From Verrucomicrobiota bacterium (GTDB lineage: Bacteria; Verrucomicrobiota; Verrucomicrobiia; Opitutales; Seribacteraceae), in assembly GCA_027622665.1 (NCBI GenBank), contig JAQBYT010000001.1:434049-498048 (forward strand): a stretch of DNA of 64,000 nucleotides. Reading direction: 5' to 3'. The notes beneath the pieces were generated by a model, which was given only the letters and a program-made list of their open reading frames with translations, was not told where the DNA came from and did no database searches. Made by a program: the position numbers and the translations under genes. The first letter of the stretch is position 1; each line of letters starts with the position of its first letter. Below are positions 17,944 through 28,118 of the stretch, piece by piece.

Positions 17944-19179
17944 ATGAACTGTAGACTTGTTTTTTGCGCGGTATCTCTGTCCCTCAACTTCTTTCCATGC
18001 CTGGCCGATGATTGGCCGGGCTTTGGGGGAATTCGAAGAGACGGTGCGTCTACTGAAAAAGGGCTACGGCTAGATTGGGGAGATGATGAGCCTCAACTCC
18101 TCTGGAAAGCCAAGGTCGGAGCAGGATACTCTTCCGTTGTCGACGTTGCAGGGCTTGCCTACACGGTTGGCAACGCCAATGGGAAAAACACCATATTTTG
18201 CTTCGAGGTGAATTCAGGTGAAAAGAAATGGACCCATTCCTTCCCGTGCGAAAAGGCACCTAAGTATTTTGACGGAGGTTCGCGCGCAACTCCTGCTGTC
18301 GCCGAGGGCATTCTGTATCTGGCCAGTCACGAAGGAGCATTTTTTGCGTTCGAGGCCAAGACGGGTAAGGTTTTGTGGAGTAAGAATCTAATAGAAGACT
18401 TTAATGGCCGGAGGCCTACTTGGGGGTTTTCGGGGTCACCTTTGGTTTCTGATGGCAAGGTGATCGTCGATACGGGGTCCAAGGATGGCGCTCTTGTTGC
18501 CATGAATGCAAAGACTGGAGACTTGGTTTGGAGAGGCGGAACTGATGAAGCGGGCTATGCTTCACCTATGCTTCGAGCAAATAAGCCCAGTGAAGTTCTT
18601 CTTTTTAACCGTTTCGGGTTATGCTCCTTTCTGCTTGCCGACGGCAAGCCACTCTATCGCTTTCAACATAAGACTCGATATGGCATCAATGTGGCGCAAC
18701 CGTTGGATACGGGTAATTCCATTCTGATCTCTTCTGCATACGGCAAAGGCTCAGCATTGGTAGACGTGAGCGGGCGAACCGCAAAGGCGGTGTGGGAAAC
18801 CGAATCCTTTTCCAGCCAAATGGCCAGCATGATAAAAAAAGATAATTACGCCTATGGAATCCATGGGCAGACTGGGGCGAGGGCCAAATACGCAACCTTG
18901 TCCTGTCTGGATATTCGGAAAGGTTCGTCTCGATGGGAGCAAAAAGGTTTCGGTTTGGGGTCCGTCATTCTCGTGGGTGACACACTTGTTATTCTGAGCG
19001 ATTCGGGCGAACTTGCGCTAGCCGAAGCGAATCCCGCCGGTTATATGGAAAAAGCTCGTTTTCAAGTGCTTGGAGGGAAGGACAGTTGGACGCCACCATC
19101 TTATTCCAACGGCAGGCTTTATTGCCGTAGCAGTCGAGGCGATGTTGTCTGCTTGGGGATGGCGGTAACCAACAAGTAA
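17944..19179 (+). CDS. Secreted PQQ-binding-like beta-propeller protein
   Basis: Signal peptide, DWPGFGG, GYSSVV, repeated A..AKTG..LW blades, WTPP..NGRLYCR. Confidence 0.9.
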   Translation: MNCRLVFCAVSLSLNFFPCLADDWPGFGGIRRDGASTEKGLRLDWGDDEPQLLWKAKVGAGYSSVVDVAGLAYTVGNANGKNTIFCFEVNSGEKKWTHSFPCEKAPKYFDGGSRATPAVAEGILYLASHEGAFFAFEAKTGKVLWSKNLIEDFNGRRPTWGFSGSPLVSDGKVIVDTGSKDGALVAMNAKTGDLVWRGGTDEAGYASPMLRANKPSEVLLFNRFGLCSFLLADGKPLYRFQHKTRYGINVAQPLDTGNSILISSAYGKGSALVDVSGRTAKAVWETESFSSQMASMIKKDNYAYGIHGQTGARAKYATLSCLDIRKGSSRWEQKGFGLGSVILVGDTLVILSDSGELALAEANPAGYMEKARFQVLGGKDSWTPPSYSNGRLYCRSSRGDVVCLGMAVTNK

Positions 19180-19236
19180 ATAAGCCGCCGGCGCGGAACG
19201 GGTTCCAAATTGTTCGGAACGCTCGTCAGCCGGAAA

Positions 19237-20541
19237 CTATTTTACGACGTGCATGACGCCGCGCATGATTATGGAATGCCCGGGGAAAGTGCAGACGTAA
19301 GGGTAATCGCCCGGAGCTGGGGCAGTGAATTGTATCGTAGCCCTTTGGCCATGTTCCAACATGGTTGAGCCCCAGAGGACTTTATCGGTGTCTGGTCGGA
19401 ATTGCTTGGCGAAGCCCTCGGCTCCGAGTGCGATTGCGAGCGCCGCTACCTCGTCTGCCGTTCCGGGCTTCACGAAGATTAGGTTGTGCGGGGGATAATC
19501 GTCGTTCTTGAAGAGCACGGTTACTTTCTGCCCTGCGCGAACAGTGAATTTCTTTGTGTCATAGAGAAGCTTTTCCTTTATGCAGGCGATAGTAACTTTC
19601 GCTTCATCGCCGGCTTGAGGAGTTCTTGCGTTCACGAAACCGGCTCCTGCGACCTGCATGGCTAGAGAGTAAAAACCGGTGCGGGCGGTGACGAATAGGG
19701 TTTTGCCGTCCGTACCACCGAAGCAAATGTTAGAAGGCTTTTCGGGGAACGCGAGGTCGGCGATTTCTTTGCCCTCAGGATTTAAAACCTTAACCGTACC
19801 CGAGGTGAGGTAGAGGTTGCCTTTATTATCCAACGTCATTCCGTCGGAACCCGATTCGGCAAACAGTTTTTTGTCCGAAAGCGTGCCTTCTTCTCCATCA
19901 TCGATGGTATAGCGAAAGGTCTTTCCTTGTCCGGGGTCGGCCACGAAGAGAGTTTTGCCGTCTGGAGTGCCAATCACTCCATTGGGTCTCTTGAGGTCGG
20001 AAGCTACCCGAAAAACTTGGTCGCGGTAGGGAGTGATGTAAAAGAGGTATTCGCCATCCTGCGACAATTCCTTCCGTCCGTAGTTTGGGTCGGTAAAGAA
20101 GATTCCCCCGTTCGGGTGAATCCAGAGGTCGTTAGGTTTGTTGAAGGGTCGCCCGTCAAATTGATCTCCAACCAGCTCTTTTTCAGTTCCGTCTTCGAGA
20201 TAGAAAGACATTACGCAGCGCTTTTCACCCAGACACGCATAGATATCACCTTCCTTGGAGAAGTAGAGTCCGTTTGCTCCACCCGAATTCTCGATAAAGG
20301 TGGAAAGCTTATTGTCGACCGCGCTCCATTTGTGAATGCGGTTGTTTGGAATATCAGTGAAATATACGTCGCCTTTTCCGTCGGCAGCCGGCCCTTCGGT
20401 GAACTTAAAGCCACCCGCAAGTTTCACTGGTTTGGAGTTGTCCGCAACCAGCCTTTCTGTTTTTGCAAGCAGGTCGTCGCTCTCGGCAAATTGCGAACAC
20501 AGCACGACTGCAAGTGCAGCTTTGTATCGATGGAATTTCAT
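19237..20541 (-). CDS. SMP-30/gluconolactonase fused to a C-terminal azurin/auracyanin-type cupredoxin
   Basis: FTEGP, KPNDL, PNG, SDGMTLD, PSNICFGG; C-terminal PHNL and YVCTFPGHSIIMRG type-1 copper ligands. Confidence 0.9.
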   Translation of the reverse strand: MKFHRYKAALAVVLCSQFAESDDLLAKTERLVADNSKPVKLAGGFKFTEGPAADGKGDVYFTDIPNNRIHKWSAVDNKLSTFIENSGGANGLYFSKEGDIYACLGEKRCVMSFYLEDGTEKELVGDQFDGRPFNKPNDLWIHPNGGIFFTDPNYGRKELSQDGEYLFYITPYRDQVFRVASDLKRPNGVIGTPDGKTLFVADPGQGKTFRYTIDDGEEGTLSDKKLFAESGSDGMTLDNKGNLYLTSGTVKVLNPEGKEIADLAFPEKPSNICFGGTDGKTLFVTARTGFYSLAMQVAGAGFVNARTPQAGDEAKVTIACIKEKLLYDTKKFTVRAGQKVTVLFKNDDYPPHNLIFVKPGTADEVAALAIALGAEGFAKQFRPDTDKVLWGSTMLEHGQRATIQFTAPAPGDYPYVCTFPGHSIIMRGVMHVVK

Positions 20542-20644
20542 ACTTGTGGATATAAATTCGATGAATATTGCACTCAAGACATCCGCCTCTTGGCGAACGC
20601 TCTACTACAGGTAAATAGAGTTAAACTCGGAATTTATCCTCGAA

Positions 20645-23110
20645 TCAAAGCTTATTCGACCAAAATTGTTGCACGGTCTTGGCGGCAATCTGGGCGTGGT
20701 TCACTGGCGACTTTAGCACTTGCTCGAGCAAGTCTTTGTTCACCACATTGTGCTGTTGGTAAATCCAGAGGCCTTCAAGAATGTGATGGGCATGGTCTTT
20801 GTTGCTGGAGTCAAATTGCTTAAGCCATTTCTCGGTGGCTGCAATTACTTCCTTAGTGTTCCGTTCGCTCAGTTCGATGCGAGCACGGTGACGAATGATG
20901 TTCGTGGGGTTCTTGAGGATGTCGAGTAGTGTTGCAATAGGCTGACCGTCGACCTTTACGTGTTTCATTAGATCGCGACCTGTTGCGGTTAAGCGGTAAA
21001 CGCGGCCATGAGTTTTGTCGCGGTTGGGGTCACGTACGTTGTGCTGCATGTGCCCAACAATGACATTCTGCCAGTCAGAAACATAGAGAGCTCCGTCATC
21101 ACCGATTTCAATGTCGGTGGGCCGGAAGTTACGATCCTTCTCGGAGACCAATAGGTCTTCGATGGCGGTTCCCTTGCGATTGCCGTTACCGTCATCGGCA
21201 AGCGTATACTGTTTGAGGCCGAGGAAACCGATTGAGTTGCATATTACGAAGTTTCCGTTGTTGCGTTCGGGAAAGTGGGCACTCGACAAGACGCTACTCG
21301 AACAAACTGGTCTCACGGTTTTATTTAGGAGGGATTGCATCTTGAAGCCGCCCTTTCCGTCGGGTCGTACTTGGAAGGCTCTTCCACCGGTGCCATCAGT
21401 TGCATAGTGGTAACCCCAGTAGTCAAAACTAATTCCGTGTGGGTTTGGGCTGTTGTCTGCATGCAAAGCAAATTCAGACGTTCGCGGGTTGAAGCGATAC
21501 ATTGCACTGTTGCCGTGCTGCTGAGGCCCCTTCCAGGGTGTCTCGACATTTGAGACGTGAAAAACGCCGCGTTGATAATATATGTGTCCGTCGGGACCGA
21601 AAACGAGGTTGTTTGCGGTGTGGTGGGTATCGGCGGAGTCTAGGCCGTGCATGATGCGGATACGGACATCTGCGACATCGTCCCCGTCAGTATCTTTGAG
21701 GAAAATTAGATCTGGAGCGGATGCCACGATTACGCCGCCATTCCAAAACTCGAAGCCAGTGGGGTTGTGAACCTTGGCGAAGGTTATCGCCTTGTCGGCT
21801 ACACCGTCACGATTTTCGTCCGGCAGGATGATGAGTGCATCGTTCATCTTCTTCAGCGGCTCCCATTTCGGATAGGTTGGCCATGCGGCGACCCAGAGTC
21901 TCCCCTTTGTGTCGACGGCCATTTGAACGGGGTTGGCGATTTCGGGAAACATTTCTTCCGAAGCGAAGACATTGAGCTCCAAGCCTTCGGCGAGCTTCAT
22001 TTGATCCACGGTTTCCTGTGCTTTGTGGTATTTGACATGTCCTTCTTTCCCTGGGTTACTGCTACGAGACTTACCGCCTACGTTTGAATCCACCTTGATT
22101 GGGGCCAGTACCTTCGAGTCGTCGGCTACAATCGTTTTTCCATTGGCGGAGGCGTGGACCACCTTGTCGCGATTTGCCGTCATGGCGTCGATCATGTCGA
22201 GCTCATGCCAAAGCACGTCTTTGTTGGACTGTCCGGCAGTGAAACGAAGGCCCGAGCGTCCACCCCAGACATCGTTGCCGTCTGTAGCCCGATAGCGGTT
22301 GAACCAATGCCAGTTTTTGTCCAGCACGGCTGATTTAGTTTGCTCAAGGCTTTTGTGCTTGGCGGGAGCGTCTTTTCCGAACAGTGCCTTGAAAATGGCT
22401 TGGGCAATTTGACGGTTACCCTCACTTGTTAGGTGTATGCCGTTGATTGTGAGCGCTTCTTTGTTTTTAGCGTATAAATCCTTGGATGAGGCAAACAGGT
22501 CGACATACTCGACCTTCTTTTCTTTTGCGACCTCGGCGGTGGCTGCTGCGTAGGCGGCGAGATGTTTGTTTTGTTCCTTGCCATCAGGCAGGTTGGGGCT
22601 TTCGAGATTCTCGTGAGCAATGGGAGAGAATAGCACGATGCGAGGGGCGCTCTTTCCGTTGTATTGCTTTCCCTTCGTCTCATCGATCCACTTGGATAGG
22701 ATGCCCTTGTAGCCATCGGGGTTCTTGTCCCAGGCCTCGTTGGCCCCGAAGAAAGAGAATATAATGTCTGCTTTGGAGATGGTGAGGTAAGTGTGTGGAT
22801 CTATGAATCCGCGATTGCGCGGACGTTTGTCCACCTTGTCCCCGGAGAAACCGTGATTGCGAAAGACCAATTCCTTTTCGGGCATGGCCAGTTGGGCGTA
22901 GGTTTCGAGCCAGCCATGATGCTGCATGCGCTCGGCCAAGGTGTTCCCCAAGAGCACGATATGCTCACCTTTGTTCACGTCTAGAGCATCTACTGTCGCT
23001 GTCGCGCCAAATAAGGCTAGGACGGAAAGCAGGGATTTAATGAGGCCCGCAAGGTTCAAAAGTCGCGGTGCCTTAGTATTATTCGAGGTGTCTTTTTTGA
23101 GCGATTTCAT
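20645..23110 (-). CDS. PVC-type membrane-bound dehydrogenase domain protein with an N-terminal SGNH-like domain and no C-terminal cytochrome
   Basis: LGNTLAERMQH and NGIHL (SGNH-like); FASEEMFPEIANPVQM, LKDTDGDDVAD, DTHH, FRPTD, RDPNRDKTHGRVYR; no CxxCH. Confidence 0.85.
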   Translation of the reverse strand: MKSLKKDTSNNTKAPRLLNLAGLIKSLLSVLALFGATATVDALDVNKGEHIVLLGNTLAERMQHHGWLETYAQLAMPEKELVFRNHGFSGDKVDKRPRNRGFIDPHTYLTISKADIIFSFFGANEAWDKNPDGYKGILSKWIDETKGKQYNGKSAPRIVLFSPIAHENLESPNLPDGKEQNKHLAAYAAATAEVAKEKKVEYVDLFASSKDLYAKNKEALTINGIHLTSEGNRQIAQAIFKALFGKDAPAKHKSLEQTKSAVLDKNWHWFNRYRATDGNDVWGGRSGLRFTAGQSNKDVLWHELDMIDAMTANRDKVVHASANGKTIVADDSKVLAPIKVDSNVGGKSRSSNPGKEGHVKYHKAQETVDQMKLAEGLELNVFASEEMFPEIANPVQMAVDTKGRLWVAAWPTYPKWEPLKKMNDALIILPDENRDGVADKAITFAKVHNPTGFEFWNGGVIVASAPDLIFLKDTDGDDVADVRIRIMHGLDSADTHHTANNLVFGPDGHIYYQRGVFHVSNVETPWKGPQQHGNSAMYRFNPRTSEFALHADNSPNPHGISFDYWGYHYATDGTGGRAFQVRPDGKGGFKMQSLLNKTVRPVCSSSVLSSAHFPERNNGNFVICNSIGFLGLKQYTLADDGNGNRKGTAIEDLLVSEKDRNFRPTDIEIGDDGALYVSDWQNVIVGHMQHNVRDPNRDKTHGRVYRLTATGRDLMKHVKVDGQPIATLLDILKNPTNIIRHRARIELSERNTKEVIAATEKWLKQFDSSNKDHAHHILEGLWIYQQHNVVNKDLLEQVLKSPVNHAQIAAKTVQQFWSNKL

Positions 23111-23274
23111 AATATTCTCGTGGCTGGTCATGGGTTGATTTTCAAAAGTTTACTTGGCTCGGGTCATCTTGGCCGTACTGGGGAAATTTTAGGCTCTGGG
23201 TAGTTAAGAAGTCTTTTCTTTTAGAGTTGTCTCGATTTGATGCGAGCGTTTTCTAGTTCATCCGAGGCGATTTT

Positions 23275-23820
23275 TTACGAGAGAAGTTTCGGTACGGACC
23301 TTTCGCGACGGGAATTTAAGTCTTGATAAGTTTGCCGACATGAATTGGCGAGACGGTTTAGGCCATCGAGAAAGATAGCTTTATCTTCGGGCGAGAGTCC
23401 ATTCAACGCTTCCTTTTCCAACGCCTTGGCGCGAACCGATGCCTTGGCATAGAGCAGGACTCCTTGAGGAGTTGGGGATACAACCAGCTTCCGCCCATCG
23501 TCGGGGTCTTTTGTTCTTTGGATGAGCGAAGCCTTTTCCATCCGTCGCATAATTGCTGCGATGGTATTCGGGTCACTTGCCATGAGCTCGCAGAGATTTT
23601 TTTGCGAGAGGCCACGCTCGCCCTTTTCGATGGATTCAGTAAGCCAACGCAAGGCGATGTATTGATCCGGACTCAAGTTAAGGTCCGCGAGGCGGCGCAT
23701 TAGGGTGTAGTTCAAACGCATCCAACACTCGCGCAAGAGCGGTGGCAGTCGACGACGCGAGGGATGGTCGACGGGAAGGTCGGAGACCTCGCATATTTTT
23801 TTTCTTTTCATGCGTGACAA
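23275..23820 (-). CDS. MarR family transcriptional regulator
   Basis: LSPDQY, SQKNLCELM, RRMEKASLIQR, DPDDGR; divergent from the operon. Confidence 0.9.
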   Translation of the reverse strand: MSRMKRKKICEVSDLPVDHPSRRRLPPLLRECWMRLNYTLMRRLADLNLSPDQYIALRWLTESIEKGERGLSQKNLCELMASDPNTIAAIMRRMEKASLIQRTKDPDDGRKLVVSPTPQGVLLYAKASVRAKALEKEALNGLSPEDKAIFLDGLNRLANSCRQTYQDLNSRRERSVPKLLS

Positions 23821-23823
23821 GGT

Positions 23824-23852
23824 TTGACAAGAAAGTACGTACAGGTACTAAT
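23824..23852 (+). promoter_or_regulatory. Putative sigma70 promoter with an overlapping inverted repeat (candidate MarR operator)
   Basis: TTGACA 23824-23829; TACTAAT 23846-23852; AGTAC-N6-GTACT 23834-23849. Confidence 0.55.
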
Positions 23853-23934
23853 TGAGTTCTCTTTTGAAATTCAACCCGAAAATCATTCTCAAAGTTTTTT
23901 GGACAAACTCGACCCTGAAGGATATTTGATCATT

Positions 23935-26301
23935 ATGACGATGCACTTTAAATCTACCCTCAAACTTTTCCCTGCGACTTGTTTGATCTTGTTTTTGATT
24001 GGAGCCAACTCAGGATGCGTTACTTCTGGGGAGAAAGAAACTGGCGGACCGACTACCGTGGTTGCCAAGCCTCCAACTCCGGCCGAAGCGTCGATCGTAA
24101 ACTCCGATTGGCTTTATTGGCGTGGACCCCTTGGCTCCGGCGTTTCCCGGCAGACGGGTTTGCCAGATGCGCTCGACTTGAACGATTCCTCACTCCTCTG
24201 GACCCATGAAATTCAGGGTGGCGGAGTACCTGTTGCTGCGGGGGGGCGAATATACCATTTTGGTTACTATGGCCTGACGGGCGATTTGCAAGAAGCCTTG
24301 GTTTGCATGGATGCCTTAACCGGCAAGGTTTTGTGGGAACGCCGCTACAGCGACTTTCTAAGCGATATCGTTTACAATCGTTATGGCGTGGGCGCAGCGT
24401 GTGTAGATGGTGAGACGGGCAATGTTTATTTCCAAACTAGCACCGGCTTACTTCTTGGATTCGATAAGAATGGAAAGTCTCTTTGGGAGCGATCCTTGAT
24501 GGAAGAGTTTTCTCGGCTTACTTTTCCCAACGGACGCACTGGCGGACCCTCCGTGGACGGCGATTTAGTGATAATCCATGCCATTACTGCGAACTGGGGT
24601 AGCAACGGTCCCGCGCGAGACAGGTTCTATGCCTTTGACAAGCATACGGGCGACTTGGTCTGGTTTTCCACACCTGGCATCACACCAAAAGACAGCTCTT
24701 TTGCCCCACTTATTTTCGAAGACCTTGCGGACGGTCGCCGGGTATTTTACAGCGGCACAGGTTGCGGGAACGTGGTTTGCATCGACGCCCGCACCGGCCA
24801 ACCGCTCTGGCGTTTTCAAATGTCCCACGGCGGAGTCAACTCCGGCGTCGTCTTGCATGAGGACACAGTGATTGCGATCCACGGTAAGGAAAACCTAGAT
24901 GCCACCGAGATCGGCCGCATGGTGGCCATTAAGAAACCGGCTGAACTTCCTGGGCCAGGCGAACCGGCCTTGGTTCTTGGCAAGGAAGACGAAAAATGGC
25001 GCAACAATGAGCTGGAGGCTTTTACCAGTACGCCAGTCTATAGAGAGAACCGCATTTACTCGACGAGCAAAACCGGAGTACTGCTCTGTCTCAATGCTAC
25101 GACCGGTGACATTATTTGGCGCATTAAGCTATCCCCCGATCAAGTACATGCGTCCCCCTTATGGGCTGACGGAAAACTCTACGTCCCGATGTTCGACGGG
25201 AAATGCTTCGTAGTTAAGGACAAGGGCGATTCCGGTGAAATTCTCGATGAGGTTCAGCTCGATGGCGCATGCCTTGCGGCGCCGTCGGCATCACACGGTC
25301 GCCTTTTCGTTCAGTCGAAGAAGCGTCTTTATTGCTTTGGGTCCAAGACGCCGGCACCTGATTTTTCGGCAACAGCCGTTGCTCAGGCAAAGGGCACGGG
25401 CGATCCCGTTGCCTTACAGGTCGTTCCTGCGGAATTCGCCGTAAAGTCGGGGACCTCGCAAAAATTCAAGGTCTTTTCCCTCGACAAAACTGGCCGCCGC
25501 ATCGCCGAATTATCGGAGGGTCTCACTTGGGAAAAGTGGATTCCGCCAACAGCGAAAGTGAAGGTGAAGGTAGATGCGGAAATTTCCAACGACGGTCTTC
25601 TTGTGGCAGCTTCCGATGCCAAGCTTTCGGCTGGAGCCTTGAGAGTGACGGACGGCAAAGTGTTCGGAGTGACTCGAGGCCGTATCCTGCAGGACCTTCC
25701 TTATGCCGAAAACTTTGAGGACTCTTTTGTTTTAAGCCAAACATCTTCCGACGACATTCCCTTTTCTTATCCTCCCCTGCCTTGGCTTGGAGCTCGGATG
25801 CGTTGGCAAATTCAGGAAAGCGACGGCAATAAAATAGCCGGCAACACTCTGGATAAGGTACTCTTTCAAAGAGCCATGAACTTTGTCGGTCACAAGGACA
25901 TGAGCAATTACACTGTCGAGGCGGATGTCATGACCGATGGCAATCGACGCATCAAGTCCACCGTGGGTTTAGTTAACCAACGCTACATCATCGCCTTGGT
26001 CGGCAATTGGCAAAAGCTCGAAGTTTTTTCCAATTATGATCGGTTCAAGATTTCCGTTCCCTTTAGCATCAAAACCAATACTTGGTACCACCTGAAGACC
26101 CGTGTGGATATTGCCACCGATGGTTCGGGGGTGGTCAGGGCAAAGGCGTGGGAGAAGGGAGCCGACGAGCCGGAGGCTTGGACGATAGAAGCACCCCACG
26201 CAAATGTTCACAAGCAGGGTTCGCCGGGCATCTACGCTCTTTCGCCCCAGAGCCTAAAAAAGGTTTACATAGATAACATTTCCGTCACCTCCAACAACTA
26301 G
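23935..26301 (+). CDS. PQQ-like beta-propeller lipoprotein with a C-terminal concanavalin/LamG-like domain
   Basis: Lipobox-like NSGC, DWLYWRGP, repeated TG..LW blades, C-terminal WYHLK..KAWEKG..EP..WTI..YIDNISV. Confidence 0.85.
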   Translation: MTMHFKSTLKLFPATCLILFLIGANSGCVTSGEKETGGPTTVVAKPPTPAEASIVNSDWLYWRGPLGSGVSRQTGLPDALDLNDSSLLWTHEIQGGGVPVAAGGRIYHFGYYGLTGDLQEALVCMDALTGKVLWERRYSDFLSDIVYNRYGVGAACVDGETGNVYFQTSTGLLLGFDKNGKSLWERSLMEEFSRLTFPNGRTGGPSVDGDLVIIHAITANWGSNGPARDRFYAFDKHTGDLVWFSTPGITPKDSSFAPLIFEDLADGRRVFYSGTGCGNVVCIDARTGQPLWRFQMSHGGVNSGVVLHEDTVIAIHGKENLDATEIGRMVAIKKPAELPGPGEPALVLGKEDEKWRNNELEAFTSTPVYRENRIYSTSKTGVLLCLNATTGDIIWRIKLSPDQVHASPLWADGKLYVPMFDGKCFVVKDKGDSGEILDEVQLDGACLAAPSASHGRLFVQSKKRLYCFGSKTPAPDFSATAVAQAKGTGDPVALQVVPAEFAVKSGTSQKFKVFSLDKTGRRIAELSEGLTWEKWIPPTAKVKVKVDAEISNDGLLVAASDAKLSAGALRVTDGKVFGVTRGRILQDLPYAENFEDSFVLSQTSSDDIPFSYPPLPWLGARMRWQIQESDGNKIAGNTLDKVLFQRAMNFVGHKDMSNYTVEADVMTDGNRRIKSTVGLVNQRYIIALVGNWQKLEVFSNYDRFKISVPFSIKTNTWYHLKTRVDIATDGSGVVRAKAWEKGADEPEAWTIEAPHANVHKQGSPGIYALSPQSLKKVYIDNISVTSNN

Positions 26302-26313
26302 GTCGCAACCAAT

Positions 26314-27849
26314 ATGATTTTATCAACTACCATTTCAGCCAGAGCTTTCTCCACTGGCCTTCTTGCTTTTCTTCTCGTTGCGAAAACGATGTTTGCCGCG
26401 GATTGGCCCATTTGGGGTGGCAACGGCTCCCGCAACATGGTCTCCTTCGAAAAAGGGATAAACCTGGACTTCGATCCCGGGCGTATGGACGAGGATGAAG
26501 TCGTCGACATGAAGACGACTAAAAACATCAAGTGGATCGCCAAGCTCGGCTCGCAGGCTTATGGAAACGTTACCGTGGCGGACGGACGAGTTTATGCCGG
26601 CACCAACAACGAATCCCCTCGCGACCCAACCAAAAAGGGCGATCGCGGCATTGTCATGTGCTTTGATGAAAAGACTGGTATGCTGAACTGGCAACTCGTC
26701 ATCCCGAAACTTGGAGCGGGCAAGGTCAGCGATTGGGAATACATCGGGATCTGTTCCTCTCCCGCAATAGAAGGTAACAGAGCTTACGTAGTGACCAACA
26801 GGTGCGAGGTTGTCTGCCTCGACGTCGAAGGTCTCAAGAATGGCAACGAAGGCCCATTCAAGACGGAGGCCAAATACGTTAACCCAAAAGGTCAGACTGC
26901 TCCACTCCGGGAGGAGCTGGATGCAGACTTAATCTGGAAGTACGACATGCGCGATGAGCTGGGCGTCTTTCCCCACAATGTCACCAGTTCATCTGCCGTC
27001 ATAGTCGGGGACTACGTATTCGTGGCCACCTCAAATGGCGTTGATTGGTCGCACACCAACATTCCCGCCCCGCTATCCCCATGCTGGATTGCCCTCGACA
27101 AGAAAACCGGTGAACTAGTTGGTGAGGACGGTTCCGGTGCCGGAAAAGATGCCCTGCATGCAGCTTGGTCCTCCCTCACCTATGGCAAGGCGGGGGACAA
27201 GGATGTTCTTATCTGGGGCGGGACGGACGGCTTCTGCTATGGCTATGCCTCTAAGCCTCAAAAGGACGACGAAGGCTTCGATGTTTTCAACCCCATCTGG
27301 AAAGTAGATTGCAACGAGCCTCACTATCGCAAGGACAAGAATGGAAAAAAGGTTCCCTACGCGACACCTCCCGGCCCTTCTGAACTTATTGGTACGCCAG
27401 TTTTGTATGAAGGTAAGGTCTACGGAGCCATTGGGCAGGATCCTGAGCATGGCGATGGGGTGGGGCGTCTTACCTGTATCGATGCAGCAACAGGCAAGGT
27501 CGTCTGGAAGTATACCGACGTAGGCCGCACAATTTCCACCGTATCCGTAGCGGATGATCTTGTTTACATAGCAGAGTATGCCGGCATCATCCATTGTCTC
27601 GACGCCAACACCGGCAAGCTCTACTGGAAACACGATTCTTTCAGCAGGATTTGGGGATCCACATTGGTCGTGGACGGCAAAGTTCTCCTTGGCAACGAGG
27701 ATGGCGACTTGATCATTCTGGACCACGGGAAGAAGAAGCCGAAGGTCAAGACCGTGGATATGGGAGCTCCCGTATATAGTTCGCCCGTAGTGGCTAACGG
27801 TGTTCTCTACGTCGCCACCCAGACGCACCTTTACGCCATCGGGAAATAA
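26314..27849 (+). CDS. Secreted PQQ-like beta-propeller protein
   Basis: Signal peptide, DWPIWGG..SRNM, CSSP, GQDPEHG, YSSPVVANGVLY. Confidence 0.88.
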   Translation: MILSTTISARAFSTGLLAFLLVAKTMFAADWPIWGGNGSRNMVSFEKGINLDFDPGRMDEDEVVDMKTTKNIKWIAKLGSQAYGNVTVADGRVYAGTNNESPRDPTKKGDRGIVMCFDEKTGMLNWQLVIPKLGAGKVSDWEYIGICSSPAIEGNRAYVVTNRCEVVCLDVEGLKNGNEGPFKTEAKYVNPKGQTAPLREELDADLIWKYDMRDELGVFPHNVTSSSAVIVGDYVFVATSNGVDWSHTNIPAPLSPCWIALDKKTGELVGEDGSGAGKDALHAAWSSLTYGKAGDKDVLIWGGTDGFCYGYASKPQKDDEGFDVFNPIWKVDCNEPHYRKDKNGKKVPYATPPGPSELIGTPVLYEGKVYGAIGQDPEHGDGVGRLTCIDAATGKVVWKYTDVGRTISTVSVADDLVYIAEYAGIIHCLDANTGKLYWKHDSFSRIWGSTLVVDGKVLLGNEDGDLIILDHGKKKPKVKTVDMGAPVYSSPVVANGVLYVATQTHLYAIGK

Positions 27850-27851
27850 CC

Positions 27852-28118
27852 GTGAGCACTACGGAATCCTCTTCCGGAAAGACCCTTGTCTGGGTACTGT
27901 TCCTGCTCATGTTTGTCCTTCATCAGGACAAATGGTGGTGGGACGACGGTACGCTTGTCTTCGGCTTTCTACCAGTCGGGCTGGCTTTTCATGCTGCATT
28001 CTCTCTCGCTTGCGCGGCCCTTGGGTGGCTCGCCATAAAACTGGCTTGGCCGCATGACCTCGAGGCCTTCGCCGAGACCGAAACGACTGCCACCAAGATG
28101 GAAGAGGGTTCCTTATGA
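27852..28118 (+). CDS. DUF3311-type small membrane protein (SSS transporter partner)
   Basis: LHQDKWWWDD..LVFGFLPVGL; 4-nt overlap with the SSS gene. Confidence 0.85.
   Translation: MSTTESSSGKTLVWVLFLLMFVLHQDKWWWDDGTLVFGFLPVGLAFHAAFSLACAALGWLAIKLAWPHDLEAFAETETTATKMEEGSL

Noticed and set aside
19186..19233. Imperfect palindrome between convergent genes
   Set aside because: The stem is too interrupted to call a terminator or REP with confidence
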